In this document: in pieces, positions 49,602-58,415 of the stretch
Layout of the letters: the number at the start of each line of letters is the position of its first letter
Numbering within the stretch: position 1 is the stretch's first letter
From: a virus
IMG/VR virus record: IMGVR_UViG_3300020477_001105
Location: 47,663-111,662 of that record
DNA: 64,000 nt
Strand: one strand, 5' to 3'
The notes under the pieces: generated by a model
Seen by the model: the letters and a program-made list of their open reading frames with translations, nothing else
The model's database searches: none
What the model was told of the DNA's origin: nothing
Made by a program: the position numbers and the translations under genes

Positions 49602-51021
49602 GTTCAATATTCTCCCTATTATAAAACTCTATTCGCTTAGCCAAGTGACGTGTGCCATACCGTAAGCTATCTCCTATATCAAAAATTATAAGCTGGTCTT
49701 TGTTCTTATGCAACCTAAGACCTCTACCTATAGACTGAATGATTTTAATTTTAGCTTTTCCGCCACTAGCAAAAACAATATAGTGTAAGTTTTTGATATT
49801 TATTCCTGTCGAAAAGATCTTAGAAATGGCAACAACAATAACATTGTCGTCTTTTTCCATTAACTGTTTAACCTTTTCTCTGTCTTCAATATCTACATTA
49901 CCTCTAATAAAGTAAACCTTCTTATCAGCACAGTCTCTATTAAACTGTTCATACAACACTGTACCATGTTCAATATAATCTACAAGTACTAGTGCGTTAT
50001 TGGTAACTTTATTGCAAAGTTTTGTCAATATATCATTTCTGAAGTCATTGTGTATCAGAAAATCTATCTCCCGTCGAAACATTTCTGACGGTTGAAGAGA
50101 CTCTCCAGGAAATTTTATATAGGTAGGCTCGTCTTCATACTCTAATTTTAATATTTGTATTTTAGCATCAGCTATATACTTTTCTTTTCTTAACTCATAG
50201 CTATTCTTCTCATATACAACAGGCCCGATCTTACCCATTATATTCCATTGATCGATTGTCTGCTCAGGCATAGTGCCAGTAAAACCAAACCTACATTGCG
50301 TCCTAATCTTCTTTAGGAGCTTATTAACCTTATTACCTTTTCTAAGCTTGTGAACTTCATCGACGACACATGCATCTATATATGTTAGCCAATCTGTATC
50401 AGACTTATTACTCTGTAATATACCTAGATTACAGACAATTACATTTGCACTCAAGTCTAATTCGTCATCACCTGTCCACTTAGTAGTCTTAAAAGTTGTA
50501 TTATAGTCTTTGAAATCATTATACGTTTGTGTAACTAGACCTCTGTCTGGTACGATTAAGGCGCATTTAAAGTCAGGATTCAACTTGAACATAGTTTCAA
50601 GAAGAGTGGCGATGATGAGCGTCTTACCACCAGCAGTAGCTAGCACCACAGTACCTCTACCGTACTTGCAACACTTTTTAACTACATCATACTGATAGTC
50701 TCTTAGATCTAATTTTAACTTCTCAGGCTCTACATCATCTGTCGTACTAAGTACGTTATCAAACACTTCCTTAAATGCAGGTGTGTGTCTTATTCGCTCC
50801 GTGTAACCTTCATCTTTGATGAATTTGACAATCTCACTATATAAGCCTAAGTCAAATCTACCCGTAGGGGTAATGACGTAATTACGAGCAGGAGCGTAAT
50901 AACCTCTCATATGAGCGAATCTAGCGTTCTTGTTAGCTACAGAGAAACGCTCTCTCACTTCATCAAAGTGATTACCTGACATCATTGCTTGTCGGCGCCC
51001 TGGATCCCAATCGAATGTCAT
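49546..51021 (-). CDS. uvsW: SF2 DNA helicase
   Basis: LRDYQ, ATAGGKT, DEVH, GFTGT, FSTGINI, QSIGRGLR. Confidence 0.95.
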   Translation of the reverse strand: MTFDWDPGRRQAMMSGNHFDEVRERFSVANKNARFAHMRGYYAPARNYVITPTGRFDLGLYSEIVKFIKDEGYTERIRHTPAFKEVFDNVLSTTDDVEPEKLKLDLRDYQYDVVKKCCKYGRGTVVLATAGGKTLIIATLLETMFKLNPDFKCALIVPDRGLVTQTYNDFKDYNTTFKTTKWTGDDELDLSANVIVCNLGILQSNKSDTDWLTYIDACVVDEVHKLRKGNKVNKLLKKIRTQCRFGFTGTMPEQTIDQWNIMGKIGPVVYEKNSYELRKEKYIADAKIQILKLEYEDEPTYIKFPGESLQPSEMFRREIDFLIHNDFRNDILTKLCNKVTNNALVLVDYIEHGTVLYEQFNRDCADKKVYFIRGNVDIEDREKVKQLMEKDDNVIVVAISKIFSTGINIKNLHYIVFASGGKAKIKIIQSIGRGLRLHKNKDQLIIFDIGDSLRYGTRHLAKRIEFYNRENIEHGLQTIKEKNSIEKENGS

Positions 51022-51022
51022 A

Positions 51023-51418
51023 TTAGGTAGTTTCTAACTTCATAATCTCAGTTAGATTCTTAATATCAAATGTCATACTGTTTAATATCCTTTCAGCTTT
51101 TTCTAAAAACAGTATAACAACTTCGTTGTCTCTGATCTGCTCATCAATATCTTGAATATCATCCAAGTCTTGTACTTTCTTTTCTGCGATAGGTAGGCTT
51201 AGCTTAACCGGACTATCTTTTACCAATTTTTGAGTTAGATCTTTAATAACCTTTTTCTTCTTTCTCTCTAGCTTACTATTATCGGACTTAGCTCTCATCA
51301 ATCTACCAGCCCATTTATGTTTTATCGCTGGTAATTTCATCTGAACATCTCTGACATTGAATTCGTCCAGAGCCGTATCCTCACCTAGCTCTTTGATATA
51401 TTGGTCTAACAGGTCCAT
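51023..51418 (-). CDS. uvsY: Recombination mediator
   Basis: Helical 131 aa next to uvsW; P..KHKW and MTFDIKN motifs. Confidence 0.75.
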   Translation of the reverse strand: MDLLDQYIKELGEDTALDEFNVRDVQMKLPAIKHKWAGRLMRAKSDNSKLERKKKKVIKDLTQKLVKDSPVKLSLPIAEKKVQDLDDIQDIDEQIRDNEVVILFLEKAERILNSMTFDIKNLTEIMKLETT

Positions 51419-51444
51419 TATAGATTAAATAATAGTATACGATC

Positions 51445-51672
51445 GTGAATAATCAATCGTTATATTCTAGAATCTTCAACAAAGTACTTTCGGAGAATTC
51501 CGTGGGAAGTGCATTTGGTGCATTTGGTGCTGATCAGATGACGGCTAATCAGTGGTCTCAGGATACATATGCTACTGGTGATGCTAGACATCCTAGTATA
51601 TTAGGTGCTGTAACTAGAAGAACCTTTCCAGAAACCGTAACTAAGAGTCGTAAACGTAAAGTTAAACGTTAA
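51445..51672 (+). CDS. Hypothetical late protein
   Basis: GTG start below TAAATA; FNKVLSE N-terminus; DTYATGDAR. Confidence 0.6.
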   Translation: MNNQSLYSRIFNKVLSENSVGSAFGAFGADQMTANQWSQDTYATGDARHPSILGAVTRRTFPETVTKSRKRKVKR

Positions 51673-51681
51673 ATACCTTCA

Positions 51682-52104
51682 ATGGATCTAGGTCATTGGG
51701 AGTACGACGGTGAATTTCCAGAAGACGCTTATGGCTTTATCTATCAGATCACCAATAACACGAATAACAGAAAATATATTGGCAAAAAACAAACTGTTAA
51801 GGTGATCAAACGGCCTCCTCTAAAAGGTAAAAAGAATAAGCGGCATGTAATCCAAGAATCTGACTGGAGAACGTATACTGGAAGCTGTTCTGAACTGAAT
51901 ATTGACATAGATGAATTAGGAAAAGAAAATTTTGCTTTCACAATTCTCAAAATATGTTATAATAAGTGGGAACTTGCTTATGAAGAAACTAAGCTACAAA
52001 TACAACAAGACGTACTATTGCTAGATGAGTATTACAACGGAATTATTAACTGTAGGATTGGAAAAAGACCAAGACAACGTGACAATAACAGTCCCAATAC
52101 ATAA
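51682..52104 (+). CDS. Short GIY-YIG-like nuclease-domain protein
   Basis: GFIYQITN...KYIGKK, ESDWRTYTGS, YYNG. Confidence 0.75.
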   Translation: MDLGHWEYDGEFPEDAYGFIYQITNNTNNRKYIGKKQTVKVIKRPPLKGKKNKRHVIQESDWRTYTGSCSELNIDIDELGKENFAFTILKICYNKWELAYEETKLQIQQDVLLLDEYYNGIINCRIGKRPRQRDNNSPNT

Positions 52105-52648
52105 TATCAGGATTATTGACTTCTCAGGCCTGTTTCGATCCAAAATCGAACCTGAACTTCTAAATGATTTACACTCATACAATCTAATTAAAGATGATGA
52201 GGTAAATATCCGGAATAAAGACGTTAAGAAGCTGATATACCACCACGTAATACACGGTCTCTGTGAATATATCCTATCTCTCAGAGGTAAAGAGCGAATA
52301 GTGGTACTATATAGTACGTTAGTACCTCCAACCAAGGATATGACCCAGTTTACACACATAGACGAGTGTCAGAAGTTTTTTGATGCGTTTATACCTAAAA
52401 TGATCCGGATATTACCCATTAAATTCCTGTGCGTCAAGACTACATTCAATAAAATCAAAGCAGACATCAGAAAAAAGAGTGGAGACAGTATAGAGCATAT
52501 TAATGCTGCTAAATCCATCGTAGAACAGTTTGATACTTCAAAATATACGTTTTCTAAAGCACGAAATTTCGCAAAAAGGTATGATCTTCAGTTTCTGTCG
52601 AAAAATTATTTTACAAAAGTTAAAAATAAGCAGTTGATTTTCTGTTGA
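52025..52648 (+). CDS. Hypothetical protein (possible GTG start at 52079)
   Basis: 207-aa ORF overlapping the previous gene. Confidence 0.6.
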   Translation: MSITTELLTVGLEKDQDNVTITVPIHNIRIIDFSGLFRSKIEPELLNDLHSYNLIKDDEVNIRNKDVKKLIYHHVIHGLCEYILSLRGKERIVVLYSTLVPPTKDMTQFTHIDECQKFFDAFIPKMIRILPIKFLCVKTTFNKIKADIRKKSGDSIEHINAAKSIVEQFDTSKYTFSKARNFAKRYDLQFLSKNYFTKVKNKQLIFC

Positions 52649-52748
52649 CCCATGAATAAAGACTTATGAGGATTTGGGACCGCCCTTTACTATGCGCCAT
52701 GCGCCGGATTAAGCTAACTCCCACTGACTCAGCATAAATAATAATGAT

Positions 52749-53144
52749 ATGGGTGCAAAACTTGACAAACTCATTGAAGAGTACACGAAAAAGACTAATT
52801 TACTGAACGAACAGATGCCACCTGGTGATCCTTCCATGGCTGGTGGTGCACCTCCAATGGATCCTGCCATGGCTGGTGGTGCTCCTCCCATGGGAATGCC
52901 AATGGTTCCGATGGCCCCTCCTCCTGAAAGGAAAGAATTAACTTCACCCGGTAGAGAGTTTCTTATTGAACTGGTTAGAAAAGCATTAGCCATCAGTCCC
53001 GAAGAATTAAACGAACACGAAAAGGCTATCTTCGAGAAAGATGTTAATACTGACCAAAGTCAAGGTGATGTGTATACTGCAGATGATTTATTAGACGAGT
53101 TAAACGATATTATCGAAGCTCATAGCGTAGGTGGAGTGGAATGA
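52749..53144 (+). CDS. Hypothetical late protein with MAGGAPP repeats
   Basis: CATAAATA 8 nt upstream; MGAKLDKLIEEY...LLNEQ. Confidence 0.65.
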   Translation: MGAKLDKLIEEYTKKTNLLNEQMPPGDPSMAGGAPPMDPAMAGGAPPMGMPMVPMAPPPERKELTSPGREFLIELVRKALAISPEELNEHEKAIFEKDVNTDQSQGDVYTADDLLDELNDIIEAHSVGGVE

Positions 53145-54247
53145 TCTCATTTAAGAAATATTGTAACCTGTTATGTGAAGGTGGCGCGGGTGGTCATATG
53201 GCTCACCCGTTTGATTTACCCAGCATTAACACAGGTAAGCAACTTCTTAAATTATTCGAAAGGGTTGGACGCCATCTTGAAAAGACTCCCGGTGCAGTTA
53301 AGGTCGACGGTGTCAATGCTGCAGTTAAATTAATCGAAACAGAAGATGGTGGACGTGTTTTTGCCATGGATAGAGGTTCGATGAAACAGATTGATGTAGA
53401 TGGTATTACGATTGATAGGTTAGCAGAAAGGTTTCCACCTAAAATCAACGCTGAAACAGGAGAAGAGACTGCTCATGGTATGATTAACGCAGGTAACACT
53501 GTACTAACAATTTTAAACAACAGTATTCCGTATGTTGAAAAGGAATTAAAGAAGCTTCGTATGTGGAACAACTCAAACATCTTACTCAACTTAGAGTTTG
53601 TAGAGGCAGGTGGTACGAATGTTGTAACTTACGATAACAATTTTCTCGCATTTCATGGAATATTGAAATCAAGTCTCAAGGCTACTGGTAAAAGTAGGCA
53701 ACAGAAAGAATCTGCTTACAATGAAGAGGCATTTAACTCATTCGTACACAAAGTTTCTCATGTAGCTAAGGAGCATGGGTTTGAAGTATACGGATCTATA
53801 CCGACTCGTATTACTAACATCATTGACTTTACAGAAGCTCTTCAAGAGCAAGTTACTTTACAGCTAACAGCTGATATTGCACACACTAAATCATTAATGC
53901 AGTGGTTATCAGAATCACGTAACCCCCACAATGCCAAAGTACGCACTGCTGATGGTAGAAATATTCAAGCACTAGCTAAAGAAGTTTATACATACCTAAT
54001 TGATGAACCAGGTGGTCCATTGGAAGATTATATCCCTGATAAAAGCCACGCTAAATTAGCTATCGGTGGTGCAATCTTCTGGCATGCCACTCGTCAACTA
54101 GGTAATGTAATACTTAATAACTCAACATCACCTGTAGGTAACGTCGGTGAAGGTATCGTCGTAAGAGGCTTAGGAGATATCCCCTTTAAGATCACTGGCG
54201 ACTTTATTGTACAGGGTATGCAATCTAAATTTCAACAAGTAGTATAA
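53141..54247 (+). CDS. RNA-ligase-like covalent nucleotidyltransferase-fold protein
   Basis: KVDG (motif I), NLEFV (III), FLAFHG (IIIa), EGIVVR (IV), PFKITG (V). Confidence 0.6.
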   Translation: MISFKKYCNLLCEGGAGGHMAHPFDLPSINTGKQLLKLFERVGRHLEKTPGAVKVDGVNAAVKLIETEDGGRVFAMDRGSMKQIDVDGITIDRLAERFPPKINAETGEETAHGMINAGNTVLTILNNSIPYVEKELKKLRMWNNSNILLNLEFVEAGGTNVVTYDNNFLAFHGILKSSLKATGKSRQQKESAYNEEAFNSFVHKVSHVAKEHGFEVYGSIPTRITNIIDFTEALQEQVTLQLTADIAHTKSLMQWLSESRNPHNAKVRTADGRNIQALAKEVYTYLIDEPGGPLEDYIPDKSHAKLAIGGAIFWHATRQLGNVILNNSTSPVGNVGEGIVVRGLGDIPFKITGDFIVQGMQSKFQQVV

Positions 54248-54894
54248 TGAACTATCATCATCATTGTGACGATAAAATGATAGAGCTTTACAGAGAAGCT
54301 ATTATACAAGACTATCCAACTGAAAATACAAACGTGGGTGTAGTATTTGTTTGTGGTAGGATGAATCCACCTACAATTGGTCATCAAAAGCTTATCGACA
54401 AAGCAATTGAAGTTGCTAATAGTGAAGGTAAAGAATTATTTGTTTTTATCACACGTACTCAAGATAGAGTTAAGAATCCTCTCGCATTTGAAGACAAAGC
54501 ATACTTATTAGACTCTATCTACCCCGATGTTAGATTTGTAGATGATCCTAGCGCAATTAATCCTTTCATGGCTGCTTATTGGTTAAGGGATCATGGATTT
54601 AAAGATGTCATTTTAGTAGCAGGTAGTGATCGTATTGGTTCATTCGAAGCTCAATTCGAAAAATATCTTGCGCACCCAGATCCACAGAAGAGTTTAAACT
54701 TTGTTCGTTTCAGAGTAGAGAGTGCCGGTGAAAGAGATCCTGATGCTGGTGGTGCTCAAGGAGCAAGTGCTACTGCAGCTCGTCAATTAGCTTTAGATGG
54801 TGATCTTGAAGGCTTTGGAAGGATCTTACCCCCACAAGCAGCACCAGAACACGTTGAAGACATATACAATAAGATCAGAGCAGCAATGTTATAA
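54247..54894 (+). CDS. HIGH-family nucleotidyltransferase (cytidylyltransferase/NMNAT-like)
   Basis: GRMNPPTIGH, KNPL, VAGSDR, SAGERDPD, SAT.AR. Confidence 0.85.
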   Translation: MNYHHHCDDKMIELYREAIIQDYPTENTNVGVVFVCGRMNPPTIGHQKLIDKAIEVANSEGKELFVFITRTQDRVKNPLAFEDKAYLLDSIYPDVRFVDDPSAINPFMAAYWLRDHGFKDVILVAGSDRIGSFEAQFEKYLAHPDPQKSLNFVRFRVESAGERDPDAGGAQGASATAARQLALDGDLEGFGRILPPQAAPEHVEDIYNKIRAAML

Positions 54895-54902
54895 ATAATG
54901 AT

Positions 54903-55331
54903 ATGGCCAGTAAATTTGACAAATTAGTAGATTGGGTTCTAGGGGAACAAGAAGTCCCAGCTACATCTCCGGAGATTTTAAACCTCCGGAAGGAATTAGA
55001 GCCGATCCGCGCATTAAATGCGCGACTGGGTCAAATGAAATTGACGCCACCTAAATCGAAAACAGATTACGAAAACTATCTAACGCTTATCAAAGCCGGG
55101 GAACCGGCGGCTGCTGAAATGTTATATCCACAATTTGCTACACCCGGTAAAGCTAATGAATTTGAATTTCAGGGCCTAGAGGCTCCTGCGCATGCTAACG
55201 TCTCTCTATTAAAGCAAGCACAAGCTGCGTACCCAGGACAGTCACCTGAGACGTATAAAGGGATTGTTAATAGTATGACAGGAGGATCTGGTCCACTCAG
55301 TCATTGGCAAGGACCTGTTAAAGGTCCCTAA
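54903..55331 (+). CDS. Hypothetical late protein, probably head-internal
   Basis: TATAAATA 5 nt upstream; MASKFDKLVDWVLGEQE. Confidence 0.65.
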   Translation: MASKFDKLVDWVLGEQEVPATSPEILNLRKELEPIRALNARLGQMKLTPPKSKTDYENYLTLIKAGEPAAAEMLYPQFATPGKANEFEFQGLEAPAHANVSLLKQAQAAYPGQSPETYKGIVNSMTGGSGPLSHWQGPVKGP

Positions 55332-55501
55332 CAAAGTCATAAAACTTTTATAAAAGCCATCGCATAATCCATAATTGTAATTACGTAGTGCCACAACAAC
55401 AACGCTAAATACCCAGCGGCTACCAGGCTTAAAGCTTCCCAAGGTTCTCTATGTTCTTCTTGCATTTAGCTATTATAAATCTCTTACAAAGTCATAAAAC
55501 T
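55331..55501. repeat. 16-bp direct repeat ACAAAGTCATAAAACT
   Basis: Identical copies at 55331-55346 and 55486-55501. Confidence 0.7.
55337..55465 (-). CDS. Small membrane peptide (42 aa)
   Basis: MQEEHREPWEALSLVAAGYLALLLWHYVITIMDYAMAFIKVL, directly after folE. Confidence 0.45.
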   Translation of the reverse strand: MQEEHREPWEALSLVAAGYLALLLWHYVITIMDYAMAFIKVL

Positions 55502-56114
55502 CTTGTCGAGTTAAATCAGTCTTATCTAAGAATGCACCTGACATGCGAGCTGTCTTCATAGTGCTATCGTGTTTAACCCCTCGAAGACCTGCGCAAGTAT
55601 GATTTGCTGATACATATACAGCTACACCTTTGTTACCTACACACACTTCGTCAATGTGTTTATGAATTTGCATAGTTAGGTTCTCTTGAACTTGAGGTCT
55701 ACGCGAAAACCATTCAACAATTCTGTTTAGTTTACTCAATCCAATCACCTTACCGTCTTTACCTGGTATATATGCAACATGTGTTTGACCAATAAACGGT
55801 AAATGGTGATGTGAGCAAAAAGAATTTGTCTTAATGTTACCTTGAAATACGATACCGTCATATTGATCAACATTATCAAATGCTGTAATTTTTGGAGGAT
55901 CAGTAAAACAACCTTCTGCGAGATCATTTACGAAAGCTTTTGCAACTCTTCTTGGTGTGTCAGCGCTGTTTGGATCATCTTGCCAATTAAACCCAAGAGC
56001 TGTCATATATTGTCCATAATGATATGCAGCCTTTTCAATAATCTTTTCCTTTTCCTCATCTGTTCGAGGCATATTTCCATTAGCATAAGGTAATTTGTAC
56101 TCATCAACACTCAT
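55473..56114 (-). CDS. folE: GTP cyclohydrolase I
   Basis: DTPRRVAK, CSHHHLPF, GLSKLNR, RRPQVQE, HTC...RG; start ATG 56114 below TTGAAC-N16-TATAAT. Confidence 0.96.
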   Translation of the reverse strand: MSVDEYKLPYANGNMPRTDEEKEKIIEKAAYHYGQYMTALGFNWQDDPNSADTPRRVAKAFVNDLAEGCFTDPPKITAFDNVDQYDGIVFQGNIKTNSFCSHHHLPFIGQTHVAYIPGKDGKVIGLSKLNRIVEWFSRRPQVQENLTMQIHKHIDEVCVGNKGVAVYVSANHTCAGLRGVKHDSTMKTARMSGAFLDKTDLTRQEFYDFVRDL

Positions 56115-56163
56115 TCCTGTAATTATAGTATAACACAAGCAAAGTTCAATAAATATTTGTAGA

Positions 56164-56472
56164 ATGTTTGTATTTGTTAAACAGATTGAGGATATGTTAG
56201 GTGGTTTAGAAGATCCACGAGCAGAGACTCAAGTAATACCTGATAGTGTCTTCAAAAAATTCAAACACTTCACTGTAAAGTACATGCAAGAACATGACGA
56301 ACTGGCTCCTGACCATCCTGCTATGGAACACGTTATGAATAGCACTACAGTAGACGAAGTTGAGCAGTTTCTTAGAGCAAATTTAGATTATTGTGATCCT
56401 TGCATACTAAAATTGTTTAGACGGTTTATTCATCATGATCTAGAAGATAAAGGTGACCATCCTTGTGCTTGA
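56164..56472 (+). CDS. Hypothetical late protein
   Basis: AATAAATA 8 nt upstream; CDPC motif. Confidence 0.6.
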   Translation: MFVFVKQIEDMLGGLEDPRAETQVIPDSVFKKFKHFTVKYMQEHDELAPDHPAMEHVMNSTTVDEVEQFLRANLDYCDPCILKLFRRFIHHDLEDKGDHPCA

Positions 56473-56496
56473 CTTTCCTCTCTAGTATAGTATAAT
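56469..56496 (+). promoter_or_regulatory. Sigma70-like promoter for the queD-queE operon
   Basis: TTGACT-N16-TATAAT, 9 nt upstream of ATG 56506. Confidence 0.75.
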
Positions 56497-56505
56497 TATT
56501 ACATC

Positions 56506-56826
56506 ATGGTAACCGTAGATGTCAAAATTGATCACGATGTGCACACAGTTACTCTATCTCCCGATCAAGCTGCTCGCGAGCTTGAAGCGTTTTTAAATAG
56601 AGTGGAAGCCCCTAGTAGAAAAGAGTGGATTGCTCGTGTCACAGATAAACCCGTAGAAGAGAAAGCAGACAACCCGTCAGGTGTTGAGTCTATTCCTATT
56701 GAGAATACTCCATCTACTCAGCAAAGTACAACCCAATCAAGTGACCCTAGGCCTGCTACAAGCATAGATAAGCCTAGAGATACTGATCCAAACAAAACAT
56801 GGGATTTTGGTACTAAGTGGATGTAG
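56506..56826 (+). CDS. Hypothetical protein
   Basis: 106 aa, first gene of the operon. Confidence 0.6.
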   Translation: MVTVDVKIDHDVHTVTLSPDQAARELEAFLNRVEAPSRKEWIARVTDKPVEEKADNPSGVESIPIENTPSTQQSTTQSSDPRPATSIDKPRDTDPNKTWDFGTKWM

Positions 56827-56835
56827 AATAGGGGT

Positions 56836-57279
56836 ATGGCAAAATTTCAAAGCACGAAAGTAATTGATCTAGGTAGCTGTGCGTTTCGACAACCCCGCGC
56901 GGATTCACACTGTAGGTGGATTCATGGTTATAGATTAAAAGCCAAGTTTTGGTTTGAATCAGAGAATCTAGATGATAATAACTGGGTAGTTGATTTTGGA
57001 GGGCTTAAGGATCTCAAGAGACAGCTAAGAAATCAATTTGATCATACTCTATGTTTGGATAGGGATGATCCAGCGTTATTAACGTTTCAAACATTATCAG
57101 AAAAAGACGCAGCTGATGTTCGTATTATGAACGGAGTTGGTATTGAGCTGACAGCTAAATGGTGTTACGATTTAGCTAATGAATATTTACAAAAAACTTA
57201 CGTTAATAAAAACGGAGCACATTGTGTGAGAGTAGAGGTATGGGAGCATGAAGGAAATAGTGCAATCTACGGAGACTGA
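56836..57279 (+). CDS. queD: 6-carboxy-5,6,7,8-tetrahydropterin synthase
   Basis: CAFRQ, HCRWIHGY, VVDFGGLK, FDHT, VEVWE. Confidence 0.9.
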   Translation: MAKFQSTKVIDLGSCAFRQPRADSHCRWIHGYRLKAKFWFESENLDDNNWVVDFGGLKDLKRQLRNQFDHTLCLDRDDPALLTFQTLSEKDAADVRIMNGVGIELTAKWCYDLANEYLQKTYVNKNGAHCVRVEVWEHEGNSAIYGD

Positions 57280-58060
57280 ACCAGCAACACTAGCACTGTC
57301 AGAGAATTTCTATTCAGTGCAATGTGAGGGTGCATCAACCGGGTACCCTGCATACTTTATTAGGTTAAAGGGGTGCAATTTAATTTGTGGTGGTAGTAAT
57401 GGTGCCTTAATGAAGCGAGGTAAAGCTACTTGGTGGTGTGACTCGGAAGCTGTTTGGCGCCAGGGTGAACAGACTCATATTGATGCTTTAATTGAAGATT
57501 GGGAGAAGGAAGGAATACTCGATTGGGTATTAAGCGGTAGAGTGCATCTCATATGGACTGGGGGTGAACCGACATTACTTAGCCACCAACATGATATTGT
57601 TAGATGCATTGAATACCTTAACGAAAGATATCATGATAACAAAATATGCCAATATCACAAGCTACCATTATATAATGAAATAGAAACTAACGGTACTCAG
57701 TGGCTTGATAATGAATTTTTTGAAGAAATAGATCAAATTAATTGTAGTGTTAAGTTGGCGAACAGCGGTATGCCACATAAGAAGCGATTCAACCAGTTAG
57801 CTCTAGAGCGGATTATGAGTCATAGCAATTATTGGTTTAAATTTGTTATCAGTAGCGAGAAGGATATGGATGAAATTCAGAGAGACTTTATCGAGCCTTT
57901 AGATATACCTGCTAATAGAATTCTTATGATGCCTGGATTAGATAGTCAAGACGATTTTCATGAGAGAACTGAGTTCTGTTTGCAGATGGCTAAAAAGTAT
58001 GGCTATATTGGTATGACTAGATTGCATATTTCTGCTTGGGATCAAACAACCGGAGTATAA
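57248..58060 (+). CDS. queE: 7-carboxy-7-deazaguanine synthase (radical SAM)
   Basis: FYSVQCEG...G.PAYFIRLKGCNLIC, WCDS, TGGEP, EIETNG, KFVI, RLH. Confidence 0.9.
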   Translation: MKEIVQSTETEPATLALSENFYSVQCEGASTGYPAYFIRLKGCNLICGGSNGALMKRGKATWWCDSEAVWRQGEQTHIDALIEDWEKEGILDWVLSGRVHLIWTGGEPTLLSHQHDIVRCIEYLNERYHDNKICQYHKLPLYNEIETNGTQWLDNEFFEEIDQINCSVKLANSGMPHKKRFNQLALERIMSHSNYWFKFVISSEKDMDEIQRDFIEPLDIPANRILMMPGLDSQDDFHERTEFCLQMAKKYGYIGMTRLHISAWDQTTGV

Positions 58061-58065
58061 ATATT

Positions 58066-58392
58066 ATGGAGATGAGTTTCACTAATAGAAATGTTTGTAA
58101 GTCTTGGAAGCAAACTGCTACTACTTCCTGGACGGCACTGACTGCGCAGGAATGCAGTGAGGTAATTATTGTTAACAAAACCGGGGGTAACGACTTAATT
58201 ATTCATACCGACAATTCTGACCCGACAGCTCCTGCTACGACACACAATTCATTCTTACTGGAGAACGATGATTCGTTCACTTTTAGAGGTATTACTAACT
58301 GCAATCAAGTGAGTGCTAAGAAATCATCCGGATCTGGAGATTTTTATTATAGGACGCAATTTTATAGCTCTTCTGTTGAGAACATGTATTAG
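58066..58392 (+). CDS. Probable small virion protein
   Basis: TATAAATA at 58056; start at 58066 or 58072; beta-rich composition. Confidence 0.55.
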   Translation: MEMSFTNRNVCKSWKQTATTSWTALTAQECSEVIIVNKTGGNDLIIHTDNSDPTAPATTHNSFLLENDDSFTFRGITNCNQVSAKKSSGSGDFYYRTQFYSSSVENMY

Positions 58393-58415
58393 TCGTCCGA
58401 ATAAATAATTAAGTA

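Noticed and set aside
12880-51021. Inteins or introns in terminase, helicases or polymerase
   Set aside because: Lengths are normal and no splicing motifs or interruptions were seen
51682-52104. Mobile homing endonuclease
   Set aside because: Only the short GIY-YIG-like domain, no DNA-binding extension, not inside an intron, has its own late promoter
52649-52735. Possible tRNA or tRNA-Sec
   Set aside because: No T-arm GTTCRA and no convincing cloverleaf on either strand
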